A stretch of DNA of 63,972 bases, filler included, from Lama guanicoe (Eukaryota): NCBI GenBank assembly GCA_013239625.1. It is 79 parts of 77 records of this genome, joined end to end, with 100 filler letters (N's around TTAATTAATTAA, not from the genome) between each part and the next. Parts side by side here need not be neighbours in the genome. Positions count along the whole stretch, not along the records: positions 60,493 to 61,332 come from PNXV01023232.1; positions 61,433 to 61,708 come from PNXV01023233.1; positions 61,809 to 62,333 come from PNXV01023234.1; positions 62,434 to 62,965 come from PNXV01023237.1; positions 63,066 to 63,716 come from PNXV01023238.1; positions 63,817 to 63,972 come from MU056947.1; 73 more parts are not named here. One strand, 5' to 3'. A program made the translations under genes and the position numbers. The notes beneath the pieces were generated by a model. That model worked only from the letters and a program-made list of their open reading frames with translations, was not told where the DNA came from and searched no databases. Each line of letters begins with the position of its first letter. The first letter of the stretch is position 1. This document shows positions 60,540 through 63,972 of this stretch, piece by piece.

Positions 60540-61332
60540 GGTGACGTTGTATAGCCAAGACTCACTCCCCTGGGTAAGCAACCCACAAATGAAAGGATAA
60601 TCACAATTGCATATTTTCTTCCAAAGGATCGGGCAGTTCAAACCTCCCCTCAGGCTACCAAAACCATTGTGGCCCTGAAATAGGATGATGAGACTCCAGA
60701 GCATCTGATTTTGGAGGCCAGCAGGGCTATCAAAAGGGAGAGTCAGTTGGAAACAAAGAGTCTGCTCTTAAAGGCAATGTGCAAATTTTCACACACTCCA
60801 AGTGACATTGCAAAGGCAGTAGTAGTTGAATGGAGATTTGACTCACTTACTGATCTTGGAGAGCATCCTGGAGAGGCAAGAGGCAACTGGGACTCCCCCT
60901 GGGAACACAGATGCTGGTGACATCCATTTTGTGGACCTTAGAATACAATGAGGACACTGATGCTGGCAAGAGTCATTTTGGAATCCTCCTCAAAGCTTAA
61001 TAGTACTGGGGGATTACAAAACCAAGACCCACTGGTATAAGCAGCCAGCCACAAGGGAACCCATCCCTACTCATCAGCACCAGTCCCAGGCCATTCTGGC
61101 ACCTGAAGCTAACTACCATAGAATGTAACCCAGCCTACCAGTTGGCAGGCATAAGCCCTGGGAACCCCTAGGCTGTGTGGTCGGCCACACGAGTAACAGG
61201 CCCCACACACCAGCCATCCATCACTAACCCCATGTTATGTTGGGTCATGTAGCCAGCCATGCTGGGACCTGGCTCTGTATACAAGTGGTCAGGCACCAGT
61301 CCTAGGGCCCCATGGGCCATACAGCCAGCCAT
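60540..61332 (+). mobile_element. Old LINE-1 5' UTR region (L1M-type)
   Basis: ctgatcttggagagcatcctggagaggcaagaggcaactgggactccccctgggaacacagatgctgg...ccattttg followed by degenerate cagcca-rich repeats. Confidence 0.6.
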
Positions 61333-61432
61333 NNNNNNNNNNNNNNNNNNNNNNNNNNNNNNNNNNNNNNNNNNNNTTAATTAATTAANNNNNNNNNNNN
61401 NNNNNNNNNNNNNNNNNNNNNNNNNNNNNNNN

Positions 61433-61708
61433 CTAAATTCTGTGTTCTGCTTTCCATGTTCTAAATTCTCTATTCTTTAATGTATATTCTGTGTTCTGTT
61501 TTCTATATTCTTAATTTTATATTCAGTATTCTGTATTCTATATTTAAAATTCTGTGTTCTACATCAATATTCCAAATACTATATTCAGTATTCTGTATTC
61601 TATATTCTAAATTTAGTGTTCTGAATTCCATGTTCTAAATTCTCTATTCTCTATTCTGTGCTCTACTTTCTATATTCTATATTCTATATTCAGTATTCTG
61701 TATTCTAT
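61433..61708 (-). repeat. 7-bp AGAATAT satellite
   Basis: ATTCT-strand heptamer array. Confidence 0.95.
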
Positions 61709-61808
61709 NNNNNNNNNNNNNNNNNNNNNNNNNNNNNNNNNNNNNNNNNNNNTTAATTAATTAANNNNNNNNNNNNNNNNNNNNNNNNNNNNNNNNNNNN
61801 NNNNNNNN

Positions 61809-62333
61809 GCACTTCCTTCCATAGAATACAAAATAAGATAAAAATGGAATAATTTCTGAAATGTAAAACCTGAAACTGTACAATTTCTGAACGAAAACAT
61901 GAGGAGAACTGACTTTGAGTTAAATCATAGCAATATTTATTGGTGATCTGTCTCTTAATTAAAAAAAAGAAAAATTATCAATAATAGTTTTAAATTTATG
62001 TAGGAAAAATTAGATGTACTTCGGGATACAGGGATTCTACTTCTTGTATAAGTGTGAAGTGTGAAACCATTTGCAGAGCAAAGGAAACATTCTACACTAC
62101 ATATGACAACACACAGAATAAATGGAAACATTTCAGACAATGAGATCAACAAGGTGTTAATATCCATAGTATATATGTAGCATATTAGAGTCAATATTTT
62201 AAAACACAGGCCCCAACCCAAAACAGTTTTAGGATCTTCATGGAAACTTTTCAAAAAGAGACATGTGGGTGATTTTCATTTACATAAAAAGAAACATAAC
62301 ATTGCTATTCATTAGGAAATCTTAAATAAAAAC
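61809..62333 (+). mobile_element. Old LINE-1 ORF2 3' fragment
   Basis: aaatgtaaaacctgaaactgtacaatttctgaacgaaaacat...aacaaggtgttaatatcca...ttttcaaaaagagacat. Confidence 0.8.
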
Positions 62334-63265
62334 NNNNNNNNNNNNNNNNNNNNNNNNNNNNNNNNNNNNNNNNNNNNTTAATTAATTAANNNNNNNNNNN
62401 NNNNNNNNNNNNNNNNNNNNNNNNNNNNNNNNNGGTGGAGAGGGAGGGGAGGATGCTGAGAGGGACGGATGCACAGTTCTGTAGCCCAGTCTGTTAATGA
62501 TACCCAGCAGGTGTCTCTCCAGTGCTGTTCCAGAGAACGCAGACTTGGATCCCTGAGAGTCTGTAAGTACTGCTGCATGGGCCGTCCACCTTGAGACTCA
62601 CGGTGCTAGACACTCTTAGAAGTTATGTTGTTGACAAACTGTTTCATCTTAACAGCGATCCCCATACTTACTCCATCATGAAACATGATTGTGTGTGAGA
62701 GACAGAAAAAGAGAAAGACAGAGACAGAGAAACATGACAGTAACACTCCCAAGTACCCAGTGCTCTAAGGGATACAGGTGAAAACACTGTGCCAGGCCAG
62801 CCTTTTACCAGTTTCTTCAATCAGTTTCTACAATGTTCATAATATTTCTATTCTAAATCTAATCTTTAAATCTTTGCCTTGCTCCTCAAATACCACCATG
62901 CCTCTCACTCTTAGGTTTGCCTTATAATACTGTCCCCTTTGATGACAGTACTATACCCTGTTTCCNNNNNNNNNNNNNNNNNNNNNNNNNNNNNNNNNNN
63001 NNNNNNNNNTTAATTAATTAANNNNNNNNNNNNNNNNNNNNNNNNNNNNNNNNNNNNNNNNNNNNGTGACAGTTTCCATTCTTTCTTGTTAGTTTCTCTT
63101 TAGAGCAACTGTTATAATTTCGGTTTTAATCACAAAATATTGATGTATTTATTTAATAGATAATGATTATTTCAACCATATTAACTAAGTTAGATAAGTG
63201 AAAAATGCAGTAGATGTCTAAAAACATAGAATTTTGATTTCAAATTGCAGACTGGAAATCTGAAG

Positions 63266-63476
63266 CATGGGTCAGGGAATTTTTCTTGTAAGGAGCCAGG
63301 TAGCAAACATTGTAGGCTTTGCAGGTGGTGAGGTCTTTGCCGAAGCTATTCAACTCCGTTGCAGTGAAACATCCAGAGGCAGTACATAAACCAACAGCTG
63401 TAGCCGTGTTCCATCAAATTTGCAAAACAGGCAGCAGACTGGATTTGATCCACGGACCAAAACTGGCTGACCTCTG
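63266..63476. mobile_element. MER58A-like hAT-Charlie MITE
   Basis: Inverted termini catgggtcag / ctgacctctg; internal aacattgtaggctttgcagg...ctattcaactc...gccgtgttcca...aaaacaggcagcagactggatttg. Confidence 0.8.
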
Positions 63477-63548
63477 AACTCCAGTGTTCAGAAACCCATG
63501 CCTACATTGTGACCAAAATGTCCCTGAGGTAACAGTGTTGTTTTGGAA

Positions 63549-63662
63549 CTCAGAGTTTGGCATCTAAACCTGGGTTTGACTCCCAACCCAACCTTTCCCA
63601 GCTCTATGACGTTTGACATGTTACTTTGTGTTTCAAATTCTTCAACTGCAAATGGAAATAAA
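63549..63662 (+). mobile_element. MIR fragment
   Basis: aacctgggtttgactccca...agctctatgacgtttgacatgttact...caactgcaaatggaaata. Confidence 0.6.
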
Positions 63663-63931
63663 ATCTCTTTTGTGAAAAAATATTGGAGAATTCAGTTTGG
63701 TGCAGCCATTGTGGAANNNNNNNNNNNNNNNNNNNNNNNNNNNNNNNNNNNNNNNNNNNNTTAATTAATTAANNNNNNNNNNNNNNNNNNNNNNNNNNNN
63801 NNNNNNNNNNNNNNNNACAGTAGCCTCCTCCTACTTCATTAGGTGCGTATGCAGACAGACAGACATAAAGTCACGCTAGCTTCATCCACCTCCTCCTTCA
63901 TTAGATAGACAAATACAGAAATGGACAGACC

Positions 63932-63972
63932 CACACACACACTTACACACACACACACACACACACACACAC
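63932..63972. repeat. (CA)n microsatellite
   Basis: Interrupted (AC)n run up to the window end. Confidence 0.9.

Noticed and set aside
498..63772. Regularly recurring TTAATTAATTAA as a CRISPR-like repeat or regulatory array
   Set aside because: It always sits in the middle of a fixed-length N run. It is an artificial linker in a mammalian assembly, and no cas genes are present.

Overview
This window is not a contiguous locus. It is about 79 short (0.2-2 kb) unplaced scaffolds of a placental mammal genome, joined by an artificial 100-bp spacer (44 N + TTAATTAATTAA + 44 N; I count about 78 copies), so adjacency across spacers has no biological meaning. The L1 3' ends, an internally deleted Tigger1 derivative and the lack of recognisable ruminant, pig or carnivore SINEs suggest an artiodactyl, probably a camelid (inference). 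Most of the sequence is repeat: many LINE-1 fragments, MIR, L2, MER/Tigger DNA transposons, LTR pieces, and five tandem-repeat families (a ~266-267 bp GC-rich satellite, a ~248 bp satellite, a 7-bp AGAATAT satellite, a GGA-based complex repeat, a 16-bp minisatellite). Two gene fragments are recognisable: an internal VPS13C exon (11636-11769, +) and the 5' half of an OR2G2-like olfactory receptor (55670-56143, -) with an in-frame 9-bp duplication in TM2. There is also a well-formed terminal exon of an unidentified gene (57972-58233, -), two CpG-island fragments, and a segment unlike any transposon I recognise that occurs as diverged copies in two scaffolds. I see no evidence of a novel multi-gene system. 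The most interesting signals are satellite architecture, paralogy and orphan exons.
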